Below, one piece after another: positions 7,742 to 16,840 of a DNA stretch of 50,070 bases. The notes under the pieces are model-generated. The model was not told the DNA's origin, ran no database searches, and worked only from the letters and a program-made list of their open reading frames with translations. Numbering within the stretch: the first letter of the stretch is position 1; every line of letters begins with the position of its first letter. Source of the DNA: Chloroflexota bacterium (GTDB lineage: Bacteria; Chloroflexota; Limnocylindria; Limnocylindrales; Limnocylindraceae); the NCBI GenBank assembly GCA_003670745.1, contig QWQR01000004.1, positions 1 to 50,070 on the forward strand, read 5' to 3'. The position numbers were made by a program, and so were the translations under genes.

Positions 7742-9753
7742 CGGTTCGCGCGGAGCCAGGCGACGATCTCAGCCATCGCCCTGCAGTCGACCTCGTTGTA
7801 CTCGGCGCCAGCGCGAATGAAGTCGTAGTCGGCGAGGCGCTTCTTGTCGGCGGCGGCGCGGCGCTCCGCCTCGTAGGCGGCGGCCATAGCGCCGAGGCCG
7901 TCGGCCGGTCCGTCGCCCCACACGGTGGCGATCAGCCCCGCACGATGCATCCCCTTGGCGATCTGCTTCAACCCGAAGCCCCACGCGCCGGCCACGCCAA
8001 GTGGAACGCGATGCACGAGCCGATCGAGCGCGTCGAACCAGCCGAGATCCGCGGGGAGTCGCCAGTTGGGGTGGCGATCGAGCGCCGAGTTGTGGGAGTT
8101 GGTGAGAAGGTTCGGCTCAGCCGGCGACCAGTGCACGATCCGCGCCTCGTCCCATTCGAGGCCGAGCGAGGTACGCCATGCGCCCATGAAGGTGAGCCAG
8201 GCGTCGAGCACCGCACGTTCGGCGCTCGGCGCGAGACGTGCGGCGGTCCACTGCGCAAACGACGCGTCGTCGCCGCGCACAAGACGTTCGCCAGGATCAG
8301 CCCCCGACGCCCTCGCCGCGGCGATCTCGTCGGCGGTCGGCGTTCTGCCGCGCACCTTTACGAGGCAGCCAACCTGGAAGATGCACGGATTGCCGCCCAC
8401 CGCTGGGAGCGCTGAAAAGTCGTCGTCAAGGTTCTGCGTGTTCTCGAAGTCGACGAAGAACTCGAGCGCGTATGGCGCGCGCCATTCGTGCTCGTCATCG
8501 CCGCCAAGGTTGATCGTCGCGGGGATCACGGCGCTCGACGGATCGGCGGCGATCGCTGCGGCGCGCTCTGGCGCGTTGGCGGCGAGCACCACGCTGAGTC
8601 GTCGTGGGCGCACGTCGCCCCCTACCTCAAGTCGCTCGGCGCTCAGGCCGGGTTCGAACCTGCCCGTAATGCCGCGCGCGATCGCCGCGTCGCGCAGCTC
8701 GGGCCCTACGCCGGGGAGCGCGGTGAGCTCGCCGATCTCGTCGGCGATGCGTCGCTTCGCCTCACTCCACGGCTGGTCCTGATCGTTGTTGAGATTCGGG
8801 TAGAGCTCAGGTCGCGACGGGCGCGGCAGCGCCGACCAGTTGGCCCCTTCGGCGCGCATCAGGCGCACCCACTCCACCGCGCGTGCGACCTCCACGGCGA
8901 GCGGAGTTGCATCGGCGCGACCGCTATCGCGCGACACGTCACGATCAATCGGCACGCGACCAAGGCGATCAAGCGCCCCGCTGCCGCGCCCCTTCGTCGT
9001 AGTCCAGGTGCGACCGAGCAGGTACGCCTCGCGTGGGCAGTACCCCTGCAGGCGTGCGATCGCCGCCGTATACACGAGCACCTGGCCCGCGTAGTGGCGG
9101 TGCGAGCTCCCCGAATAGCCGTTCACCGAAAGGTCGAGCGTCGAGAACTTCACGTCGACCACCACGTAATGCCACGGCTTCGCTGCGCCGTCAGCGCCAG
9201 TAAGTCCTGGCGCGCTCACGCGCTCTTCGCCTTCGGTGAGCGTTCCTGGAAAGAGGCGCTCGAGCGCATCGCTGCGCACGAGCAGGTCGATCGCGCCATA
9301 GGTACGACTCTCCGGGTTGCGCACCACCGCCTGCTCAATGAGTTCAACGCCAGCGCACATCGCCTCAAAGGTGCGCTCCGCTGCGGCGAGACTGCGCGTC
9401 TCCTCCCAGCCGGTCGAAACCTTCAGGTGACTCGCAACGCGCGCCTCGAGCAGCCCAAAGATGCGCTCCTCAAATTTGTTCCCTTGACTAAAGAGCAGGT
9501 TGCGCAGGTCGTAGGGACTCGGCGGATCTGCATCGGCCCCCGCATCTTTTGCGAAGCCCTTCGCCGCGCCGTGCTCGTCGAGCCAATCAAGGAGCGGCTC
9601 ACGTCGCAGCCAGTTGCGCGTCTTCGACGCCGAGACCCACTCTCGCCACGCGGTGCGATCGCCAGGATCGCGTGCGCTCCCATCGTCAGCCATGGTGATC
9701 GCGGCGCGACCGAACACCGGCGGCGTCGTTGATCGATAGTCGAGCAGGTCCAT
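7738..9753 (-). CDS. TM0106-like nuclease: RecB-type PD-(D/E)XK + HhH + RNase H-fold DEDD domain
   Basis: GNKFE, GAIDLLV, VDVKFS, QVLVY (RecB motifs); LTALPGVGP (HhH); FVDFEN, HWSPAE, YNEVDC (DEDD-type motifs). Confidence 0.8.
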   Translation of the reverse strand: MDLLDYRSTTPPVFGRAAITMADDGSARDPGDRTAWREWVSASKTRNWLRREPLLDWLDEHGAAKGFAKDAGADADPPSPYDLRNLLFSQGNKFEERIFGLLEARVASHLKVSTGWEETRSLAAAERTFEAMCAGVELIEQAVVRNPESRTYGAIDLLVRSDALERLFPGTLTEGEERVSAPGLTGADGAAKPWHYVVVDVKFSTLDLSVNGYSGSSHRHYAGQVLVYTAAIARLQGYCPREAYLLGRTWTTTKGRGSGALDRLGRVPIDRDVSRDSGRADATPLAVEVARAVEWVRLMRAEGANWSALPRPSRPELYPNLNNDQDQPWSEAKRRIADEIGELTALPGVGPELRDAAIARGITGRFEPGLSAERLEVGGDVRPRRLSVVLAANAPERAAAIAADPSSAVIPATINLGGDDEHEWRAPYALEFFVDFENTQNLDDDFSALPAVGGNPCIFQVGCLVKVRGRTPTADEIAAARASGADPGERLVRGDDASFAQWTAARLAPSAERAVLDAWLTFMGAWRTSLGLEWDEARIVHWSPAEPNLLTNSHNSALDRHPNWRLPADLGWFDALDRLVHRVPLGVAGAWGFGLKQIAKGMHRAGLIATVWGDGPADGLGAMAAAYEAERRAAADKKRLADYDFIRAGAEYNEVDCRAMAEIVAWLRANR

Positions 9754-9756
9754 GCT

Positions 9757-10674
9757 CTAGGCCCGTTGCCGCGCTACGGGGCGCATCGGTACGCCGGTGA
9801 TCAGTGCCACGCCACCGAGAAGCAACGCAGCCCCTGCAATCAGCGCGACGTCGATCGGTTCGCCGAGAAGTCCAACGCCGAGCAACCCTGCGATGAGAGG
9901 TTGCAGAAATAGGATCCCGGCGGCGAGACGCGGGGTCGCGGCGGCGTAGCCGCGATACCAGGCGCTCCAGGCGATCGCCGTTGAGCCCACACCTAAATAG
10001 GCGATCGCAGCGAGCGTTGAGGGGGCGAGCGTAGTGATCGGCGCGACAGCAAGCTCCGCCGCTGCAAACGGGAGCAGGAGCGGCACGGCAACGAGGGAGC
10101 TGAGCGATACCGCGCGCCCAGCGCCGAGCGCAGCGACGAGTGGTCGACCGAGGCTCGAATAGAGCGCCCATGCGGCACCGCCACCAACAAGCATCAGTAC
10201 GCCGAGCAGCCCCTCATTGCGCTGATCGCCGCCGAGCGCGGCGCTCGCGTCACCCGATGCGCGCAGCGTGAAGAGGAGCACGCCAGCGGTAGCAACACCG
10301 ATCCCCGCCCACGAACGTCGCGCGATCGGCGCACCTTCGAGCGCGCGGCCGAAGAGCAGAACGAAGACGGGCGTCGACATGGTGACGATTGACCCCTCAA
10401 CCCCTGAGGTGCGCGCTGTGCCCTCGAACTGCAACAGCATCGAGGCGGCAACCGCCACGCCCGCGATCAGCACGGTGCGACGAAGCTGCGGCGGGAGCGA
10501 TGGCGCGCCGCCGCGCAGCGCCGACCAGAGAAGCAGGAGTGCGGCGCCAATCGCGAGGCGTAGCAGCGCGAGCGCCGCCGGTGCAATCGCCGCAAAGGTC
10601 GCCGCTGAGACCACGTACATGCCGCCCCAGAGCGCGGCGGCGAGCGACAGGTCAAAGATCGCGGTTCGCTGCAT
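9757..10674 (-). CDS. DMT/EamA family transporter
   Basis: Ten TMs in two EamA repeats; ALWGGMYV, YLGVGSTAIAW, LQPL..LLGE. Confidence 0.9.
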   Translation of the reverse strand: MQRTAIFDLSLAAALWGGMYVVSAATFAAIAPAALALLRLAIGAALLLLWSALRGGAPSLPPQLRRTVLIAGVAVAASMLLQFEGTARTSGVEGSIVTMSTPVFVLLFGRALEGAPIARRSWAGIGVATAGVLLFTLRASGDASAALGGDQRNEGLLGVLMLVGGGAAWALYSSLGRPLVAALGAGRAVSLSSLVAVPLLLPFAAAELAVAPITTLAPSTLAAIAYLGVGSTAIAWSAWYRGYAAATPRLAAGILFLQPLIAGLLGVGLLGEPIDVALIAGAALLLGGVALITGVPMRPVARQRA

Positions 10675-10706
10675 CGTTCGAAGTGTAACCGCGCTACGAT
10701 CACTCC
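10675..10706. promoter_or_regulatory. Bidirectional leaderless promoter pair
   Basis: TACACT (minus, 10682-10687) is 7 nt before ATG 10674; TACGAT (plus, 10695-10700) is 6 nt before ATG 10707. Confidence 0.7.
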
Positions 10707-11420
10707 ATGACCCTACGACTCGACGAGCGCCTCACCGCCCCAGGATTCACGCCGCACGGCGACGCCCGTGCCGCATATGAGACGCATGGCACCTCGTTCA
10801 TGTCGTACCTCGCCCGTCGCGCCGCGAAGACGCGCCTCCTCCACCCGCTGAAGGAGCTCCTCAACGCGAAGCGCGGCGGCGGACCAGAGCGCGCCGCCGC
10901 ACTGACCTGCTTCGCCTACTACGCCGTTGCCGCGTCAACGAGCTACGGCCGTGGCTATCGGCAACCCGCCTTTAACGACGCGACCGAGTCGCACGAGCGC
11001 GATCGTGAGACTGGGGCGCGCATCGTTGCGGTCGACGTTGGGCTGCAGCGCGAGATCAAAGCTCAGATCCGCGCGGCGCTTCCAGGCATCGGCTCCTTCG
11101 TCGCCAACGAGCAGGTGCTGGGCACCACGGTCGGACTGCGCGGCCTCGGCATGCCCGCACCGTCGCGCCTCTCGTTCGAGGTCGACGAGTCTGGTCGCGC
11201 CGCCGGACTCGTCGCCTGGCGCGGCGAGGCGATCGGCACGATCGTCACCGAGCTCGCCCCGACGATCGGCGGCAGCAAGGTCCGCGCCTACGGCAGCCTC
11301 GAGCTCCGTGGCTCCGACGGCAGCAGGGGGACCGTACGCTTCGACCGTGACGGACTCCTGAACGTCGAGGTGACCGACCCGCAGGGCGACACGCTCCGAC
11401 TTCACGCACCGCTGCAGTAG
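10707..11420 (+). CDS. Hypothetical protein
   Basis: 237-aa ORF filling the gap between flanking genes, GC3-rich codons, leaderless -10 box; no family recognised. Confidence 0.7.
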   Translation: MTLRLDERLTAPGFTPHGDARAAYETHGTSFMSYLARRAAKTRLLHPLKELLNAKRGGGPERAAALTCFAYYAVAASTSYGRGYRQPAFNDATESHERDRETGARIVAVDVGLQREIKAQIRAALPGIGSFVANEQVLGTTVGLRGLGMPAPSRLSFEVDESGRAAGLVAWRGEAIGTIVTELAPTIGGSKVRAYGSLELRGSDGSRGTVRFDRDGLLNVEVTDPQGDTLRLHAPLQ

Positions 11421-11491
11421 CGGTCACCGCGCGTGGCGCGGCAGGTGAACGGGGCTCCGCCCTCGTGGGGGCGTCGTGGCACCATAGGCGC

Positions 11492-12814
11492 ATGTTGATC
11501 GCCAAGCGCCCCGCCCCGCTCGACCCGGCCGCGATCTCTGCCGTGCGCCGCTCCTTCGCAGCGGCCGACATGTTCCCGCCGAAAGTCTTCCACGACCCCG
11601 AGATCTTTGCCTGGGAGCGCGACGAGATCTTGCGCCGCGAGTGGCGCTGCGTCGGTCGCGAGGAGGAGCTCCCCGAGGCAGGCTCGTACCGACTCCTCGA
11701 CTTCGCCGGCGAGCAGATCATCCTCATTCGTGGTGAAGACAACGTGGTGCGCGCCTTCCATAACGCCTGCCGTCACCGCGGTGCAACGCTCATCGAGGGG
11801 CCAGTCGACGGAAAGCCCGAGTGCGGCACCGCGAAGAAGATCACCTGCCCGTATCACGCCTGGGTCTACAGCGCCGACGGCACACTCCTTAAGGCGAAGC
11901 ACACCGAGAACCTCGAGCGCTTCTCGCTCGACGACTACGGCCTTGTGCCCGTGCGCTGCGAAACCTGGCAGGGCTTTATCTTCCTGACGCTCGAGAGCGA
12001 GGCAGAGCCGCTCCTCTCGTATCTCGACGATCTCGTCACCTGGTTCGATCGCTTCGACCTGAAGTCGCTTCGCCGCGCCAAGCGCGAGGAGTACGACGTT
12101 GCAGCGAACTGGAAGATCCTCGTTGAAAATTATTCGGAGTGCTACCACTGCCCCGGCGTGCACCCACAACTGAACGCACTCACCCCATACGACCTCGGCG
12201 AAGATATTCCGGCGCGCGGCTGGTGGAAGGGTGGCTGGCAGCCGCTCGTTGGTGAGGCAGCGACGATGGGGCTTGAACACGGGAGTCACAAGCGCCCATG
12301 GCTGAAGGGCGTCACCGACGAGGATGCACGACGCATCCACTACTTCGCCCTCTGGCCAAACATGCTCCTCTCGCTCCACCCTGACTACTTAATGGTGCAC
12401 GTGATCGAGCCAGTAGCGCCAGGGCGATCGCTGATTACCTGCGACTGGTACGTGCACCCTGACACGCTCGCACGACCCGACTTTGACTTCAGCGATGCAC
12501 ACGGTTTCTGGGATCAAACGAATCGCCAGGACTGGCATGTGTGCACGCTGCAGCAGCGCGGCACCGCCTCGCAGAACCTGCCGCCTGGGCGCTACAGCGA
12601 ACTTGAGGCGAGCGTGCAGGCGTTCGACCTGATGGTCGCCGATCGCTACGCCGCCGACGGAGTACGCACCGCGCGTGGCTTCGCAGTGGGCCTCGCCCCG
12701 GGCGACATGGAGGGGATCGACTTCAGCGACCGCAGTGCCGCGCGCGCCTCGCGCGACGCAAAGATCTCTGGCGGCGCGGGGACTCCTGCGGGCGCGCGCT
12801 CTAAGCCGCGCTGA
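11492..12814 (+). CDS. Rieske non-heme iron oxygenase alpha subunit (GbcA/choline monooxygenase/Stc2-like)
   Basis: Rieske CRH..CPYH; mononuclear Fe ENYSECYHCPGVH..QD; ATG 11492 is 6 nt after CACCAT. Confidence 0.9.
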   Translation: MLIAKRPAPLDPAAISAVRRSFAAADMFPPKVFHDPEIFAWERDEILRREWRCVGREEELPEAGSYRLLDFAGEQIILIRGEDNVVRAFHNACRHRGATLIEGPVDGKPECGTAKKITCPYHAWVYSADGTLLKAKHTENLERFSLDDYGLVPVRCETWQGFIFLTLESEAEPLLSYLDDLVTWFDRFDLKSLRRAKREEYDVAANWKILVENYSECYHCPGVHPQLNALTPYDLGEDIPARGWWKGGWQPLVGEAATMGLEHGSHKRPWLKGVTDEDARRIHYFALWPNMLLSLHPDYLMVHVIEPVAPGRSLITCDWYVHPDTLARPDFDFSDAHGFWDQTNRQDWHVCTLQQRGTASQNLPPGRYSELEASVQAFDLMVADRYAADGVRTARGFAVGLAPGDMEGIDFSDRSAARASRDAKISGGAGTPAGARSKPR

Positions 12815-12842
12815 GCCACCATCGCGCTAACTAGACCTCGCG

Positions 12843-14027
12843 CTACCCCTGCGTCGGCGCACCCATATCGCCCATCGGGCTCTCGGGTCCGTTATCGCGT
12901 TTTGAAATGGCGAAGCGTCGATCGGGCGCCTTCATTGCATCGATGTTCAGCGCGGCGCGCGCCGCGAACTCGCCAACGGCTGGACCCTGCTTGTAGCCGT
13001 GCCCCGATCCGCCGCCGGCGATAAAGGCGCGGCGGTTCCGCGGGTGATGGTCGAGCACGTAGTGGCCGCTCTTCGTGCGCTCGTGTTGACAGGCGCGACT
13101 CTCCACGATCGGCGCGTTCGCGATCGCCGGAAATCGCAAGCCGCCGGCGGCGCGTGCGGCGGCAATCGAGGTTGGATGCGCCTCATCGGGCCACGCCGAC
13201 GGATCGAAGCTGCCAGCATCCATCTCAGGGCCAACCTTCACGCCGCGCGGTCCGTCGCCGGGCATCCCCCAGGCGCGCTGCCCCTCGTCGACCCATGTGG
13301 GGGCGGCGCCGATCTCCATGTCGTTCGCCGCGAAGTAGACCGCGTCACGTCGCACCGGCGCGATCTCCGCCTCGCAACCGCGACCGACCAGATCTGGAAA
13401 GAGCGCGGGGAGCCACGGGCCACACGCCCAGACCACCGCGCCCGCCACGATCGGCGTGCCGTTCTCGTCGAGCGCCTGGCCGTCGGCTGAAGCCGAGGCG
13501 CTACCGCGCACGATCACGCCCCCCTCTTCTGCAAGTGCGCGCGCGGCGGCGCGCACGCCAGCGGCGGCGCGCAGAAATCCCGCCGTCGGCTCATACAGCA
13601 CACTCTTCAGCTGTGCGGCGCTCATTGAAGGCCAGCGCTGCACCGCCTCGTCGGGGGTGAGCCGTTCGACCGGAATGTTTGCGGCGCGCAGTCGCACCTC
13701 AGACTCGCGCTCCCAGACCCCTTCATCGGAGACACACCAGGCGACGCCAGTCGGCACAAAGATTGACGCGCCGGTGAGCGACTCCAGGTCGAGCCACGCA
13801 GCGAGCGAGCGCTGTGCCCAGCCGGCGAGCAGGTCGTCGGTGCCATGCGCGTGACGAATGATGCGGCTGTGATCCCCCGAGGTCGACTTTGCGTGCCCCG
13901 GCTCGTTCGCCTCAAGGAGCGTGACGCTGGCGCCGAGTCGTCGCGCCCAGAGCGCCGTCCAGGTCCCCCACACGCCGCCCCCAACGACGAGGAGGTCGGG
14001 GCTGCTGCCGCTGCCGAGCGACGCCAT
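12843..14027 (-). CDS. FAD-dependent amine oxidase, monomeric sarcosine oxidase/SolA family
   Basis: VVGGGVWG, STSGDHSRIIR, GPWL, ESRACQ (putative covalent-FAD Cys), GGSGHGYKQGPAVG. Confidence 0.85.
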   Translation of the reverse strand: MASLGSGSSPDLLVVGGGVWGTWTALWARRLGASVTLLEANEPGHAKSTSGDHSRIIRHAHGTDDLLAGWAQRSLAAWLDLESLTGASIFVPTGVAWCVSDEGVWERESEVRLRAANIPVERLTPDEAVQRWPSMSAAQLKSVLYEPTAGFLRAAAGVRAAARALAEEGGVIVRGSASASADGQALDENGTPIVAGAVVWACGPWLPALFPDLVGRGCEAEIAPVRRDAVYFAANDMEIGAAPTWVDEGQRAWGMPGDGPRGVKVGPEMDAGSFDPSAWPDEAHPTSIAAARAAGGLRFPAIANAPIVESRACQHERTKSGHYVLDHHPRNRRAFIAGGGSGHGYKQGPAVGEFAARAALNIDAMKAPDRRFAISKRDNGPESPMGDMGAPTQG

Positions 14028-14032
14028 GGCGA

Positions 14033-14896
14033 CTACTTCTTTGAGCCGAGCGTCCGGAAGCGCGAGAGGAATTCTTTGGTGCGCGGATCCTTCGGCGCGT
14101 CGATCACCTGCTCCGGTGGTCCGACCTCGGCGAACTCGCCCTGGTCCATGTAGTACACACGATCCGCTGCCTCGTGGGCGAAGTCCATCTCGTGGGTGAC
14201 CACAATCATCGTGCGCCCCTCATGCGCGAGGTCCGCCATGACCTTGAGCACCTCGCCTACGAGCGTAGGGTCGAGGGCGCTCGTCGGCTCGTCGAAGAGG
14301 AGCACCTTCGGCTGCATCGTGAGCGCGCGAGCGATCGCCACGCGCTGGCGCTGTCCGCCGGAGAGGCGCGACGGATACTCGTCGCGCTTGTCGATCAGGC
14401 CGACCTTCTCGAGGTACTTCTCGGCGATCGCCTCAGCCTCCTTGCGCGCCATCCCCTTCACGTGCACCGGCGCCTCAATGCAGTTTCCGATCACCGAGAG
14501 GTGCGGGAAGAGGTTGAACTCCTGGAAGACCATGCCGGCGCGCAGGCGCGCCTCGCGAATCTGCGCCTGACGTGCGACTCCGGCGGTGTGGAATGGATCC
14601 GCCTCAACCACCACACCGTCGATCTCCACGCGGCCGTCGGTCGGCTCCTCGAGAAAGTTGAGGCTGCGCAGGAAGGTGCTCTTGCCGGAGCCTGAGCGAC
14701 CGAGGATGCAGACCGTCTCGCCGGGCCACACGGTGATCGAGGCGCCGCGCAACACATGGTTGTCGCCGAACCACTTGGCGATGCGCGTGGCCTTCAAAAC
14801 CGGCTCGGCCCCTGGCTTCACCAGCGCGCCGGGCTTTTCGGCGGGGTGAACGTCGTGCGGGGTAGCGGCAGAGCGAGGATCGATGGCGGAGCTCAT
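14033..14896 (-). CDS. Polar amino acid ABC transporter ATP-binding protein (GlnQ-like)
   Basis: [34 protein letters not shown]; ATG 14896 overlaps the permease stop. Confidence 0.93.
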   Translation of the reverse strand: MSSAIDPRSAATPHDVHPAEKPGALVKPGAEPVLKATRIAKWFGDNHVLRGASITVWPGETVCILGRSGSGKSTFLRSLNFLEEPTDGRVEIDGVVVEADPFHTAGVARQAQIREARLRAGMVFQEFNLFPHLSVIGNCIEAPVHVKGMARKEAEAIAEKYLEKVGLIDKRDEYPSRLSGGQRQRVAIARALTMQPKVLLFDEPTSALDPTLVGEVLKVMADLAHEGRTMIVVTHEMDFAHEAADRVYYMDQGEFAEVGPPEQVIDAPKDPRTKEFLSRFRTLGSKK

Positions 14897-15717
14897 CCCT
14901 TCACCTCCCTGTTGCGATCGCCTGCAGAGAGGCGTCGCTCGATTCGATTCTGCACAGCGGTGAAGACGATGGTGAGGACCCAGTAGACGACCGCCGCGAT
15001 CATGAAGGTCTGCAGCGTCTTGAACTTTTGGGCGCCGATGTTCTGGGCGCGCCACAAAATCTCATGGAGTGACACGGTCGATGCGAGCGCCGAGTCCTTG
15101 AGCATCGCCACAAAGTCGTTGCCGATCGCTGGAACGATGATGCGGAACGCCTGCGGAGCAATGATGCGAATGAACGCGGTTCGCGACGACATGCCGAGGG
15201 CCGCGGCCGCCTCTCGCTGGCCGAGCGGTACCGCCTGGATCCCCGCGCGGAAGATCTCGGTCATGTACGCGCCGTAGTTCATGCCGAGCGCGAAGATTGC
15301 GCAGAGCACCGGGTCGAGCACGATGCCGACCTGCGGCAGGGCGAGGTACCAGAAGAGCAGCTGCAGGATCAGTGGCGTGCCGCGGAAGAAGCTCACATAG
15401 AACGAGGCAATTGCGTTCAGCAAGGCGCTGCGCGAGAGGCGGCCGAGTGCCCCAATCGCGGCGAGGATTGTGGCGAGCACGATCGAGACCGAGGAGACGA
15501 GCAGGGTGAGCCCGATCCCCTGAAGGATGAATGGCGCGGCAGTAGAGATAAAGCCGATCTCCACATTGAGGGAGACGCCGATGAAGAGGATTAGGAGGGC
15601 GACGATCGCGCCCCAAACGATGCGGAAGCGGAGCTGCCAGCGACCGGAGCGGCGCGCCTCGTCGGCGGCCACCGCCGCTGCGAGCTGCTGCGCGTCAGTC
15701 TGCATCTGACCCTCCAC
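14893..15717 (-). CDS. Polar amino acid ABC transporter permease
   Basis: [42 protein letters not shown]. Confidence 0.93.
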   Translation of the reverse strand: MEGQMQTDAQQLAAAVAADEARRSGRWQLRFRIVWGAIVALLILFIGVSLNVEIGFISTAAPFILQGIGLTLLVSSVSIVLATILAAIGALGRLSRSALLNAIASFYVSFFRGTPLILQLLFWYLALPQVGIVLDPVLCAIFALGMNYGAYMTEIFRAGIQAVPLGQREAAAALGMSSRTAFIRIIAPQAFRIIVPAIGNDFVAMLKDSALASTVSLHEILWRAQNIGAQKFKTLQTFMIAAVVYWVLTIVFTAVQNRIERRLSAGDRNREVKG

Positions 15718-15730
15718 TTCGCATTAAGCG

Positions 15731-15767
15731 TGCGGGGGAGCCGCGGTCTCCCGCGACTCCCCCAGCA
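15731..15767 (-). terminator. GC-rich stem-loop after the SBP gene (mRNA stabiliser or partial terminator)
   Basis: GGGGGAGCCGCGG-TCTC-CCGCGACTCCCCC imperfect inverted repeat between SBP and permease; no clear U-tract. Confidence 0.5.
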
Positions 15768-15796
15768 CAGCAGCCAGCGATGGCTGCGTTAGTTCA

Positions 15797-16714
15797 CTAC
15801 GGCTTGGTTACGTCGCGACCGAGATTCTTTGTCGAGAAGCCCGAGAGCGTTCCGTCCTCGTGCATCGCTGCGACGATTTCGTTCAGCGCGGCGAGCATCG
15901 AAGCATCGCTTGGTCCGCTCTTGTCGAGGGCGAACGAGATCTGACCGGCAAAGTTTGCCTCGCCGAGGATCTTGAACTTGCCGTTCGACTCGGTGATCGC
16001 AGCCTCGAGGAACTCCTTGCTCTGCGCCATGAAGTCCCAGTCGTTGGTGCGTCCCGAGAGATACGCCTCAATGCACATGTGGTCGGTCTTATAGGTCTTC
16101 AGCTTGGCTCCGACCGGAGGCGCATTGAACTGCACCACGGTGGCGCTATCTGCATAGCCCTTCTCGATCCACGTCGAGTGCGTCGTGCTCTCGCCCGCGC
16201 AACCCGTCTTGCCCGCAAGATCGGCGACCGTCGCGGCCGTCGAGGTCACAGGAACAATGACGTAGCCCGACTCGTAGAAGTACGGGTCAACGAAGTCCAC
16301 GACCAGCGCACGATCGTCGGTCTGCGTCATGGAGCCGACCGAGAGGTCCCATCGACCGCCCCAATTGCCGGCGGTGATTGCGGACCAGTCAGGGGTGGCC
16401 CACTCGACCGTCACGCCGAGTCGCTTGGCGACCTCACGCGCGGTGTCTGAGTCGAAGCCAACGTACTCGCCGCTCGCGTCGAGCGAGGAGTACGGCGGAT
16501 AGGCTGGGTCGGTGGAGATCACGATCTTCCCTGCGTCGCAGACCTTCCACAGGAGCGTCTTGGTGAAGTCCTCGCCGAGGGCGAGCGACTTGGCGCAGTA
16601 GCTTCCGTCTGGGAAGCGGGCTGCGCTCGAGGATGGGGTCGCGCTTCCGCCGCAAGCGGCCGCAACGATGGCGGCCCCTGCGATCAGCGCGAGGAAGGTT
16701 GACTTGATGCGCAT
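15797..16714 (-). CDS. Amino acid ABC transporter substrate-binding lipoprotein (family 3)
   Basis: Lipobox VAAAC; STDPAYPPYS, GFDSD, WDLSVGSMT; GAGG RBS. Start could be 16714, 16717 or 16720. Confidence 0.9.
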   Translation of the reverse strand: MRIKSTFLALIAGAAIVAAACGGSATPSSSAARFPDGSYCAKSLALGEDFTKTLLWKVCDAGKIVISTDPAYPPYSSLDASGEYVGFDSDTAREVAKRLGVTVEWATPDWSAITAGNWGGRWDLSVGSMTQTDDRALVVDFVDPYFYESGYVIVPVTSTAATVADLAGKTGCAGESTTHSTWIEKGYADSATVVQFNAPPVGAKLKTYKTDHMCIEAYLSGRTNDWDFMAQSKEFLEAAITESNGKFKILGEANFAGQISFALDKSGPSDASMLAALNEIVAAMHEDGTLSGFSTKNLGRDVTKP

Positions 16715-16840
16715 CATCATTACCTCACTCTCGGCCCGGCGCCCAACGGACGACCTTTTGACCGTTGGGGGGATCATCCCACCCCCGCGCCCGCGCGGGG
16801 CTCCTGTTGCGGGGGCGGGCGGGGCCGTACGATGGGGCGG

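Noticed and set aside
5332-9753. RecB-type nuclease and HD protein as Cas4/Cas3 of a CRISPR system
   Set aside because: No Cas4 Fe-S cysteine cluster, the HD protein is SAMHD1-type with no helicase, and there is no array or other cas gene.
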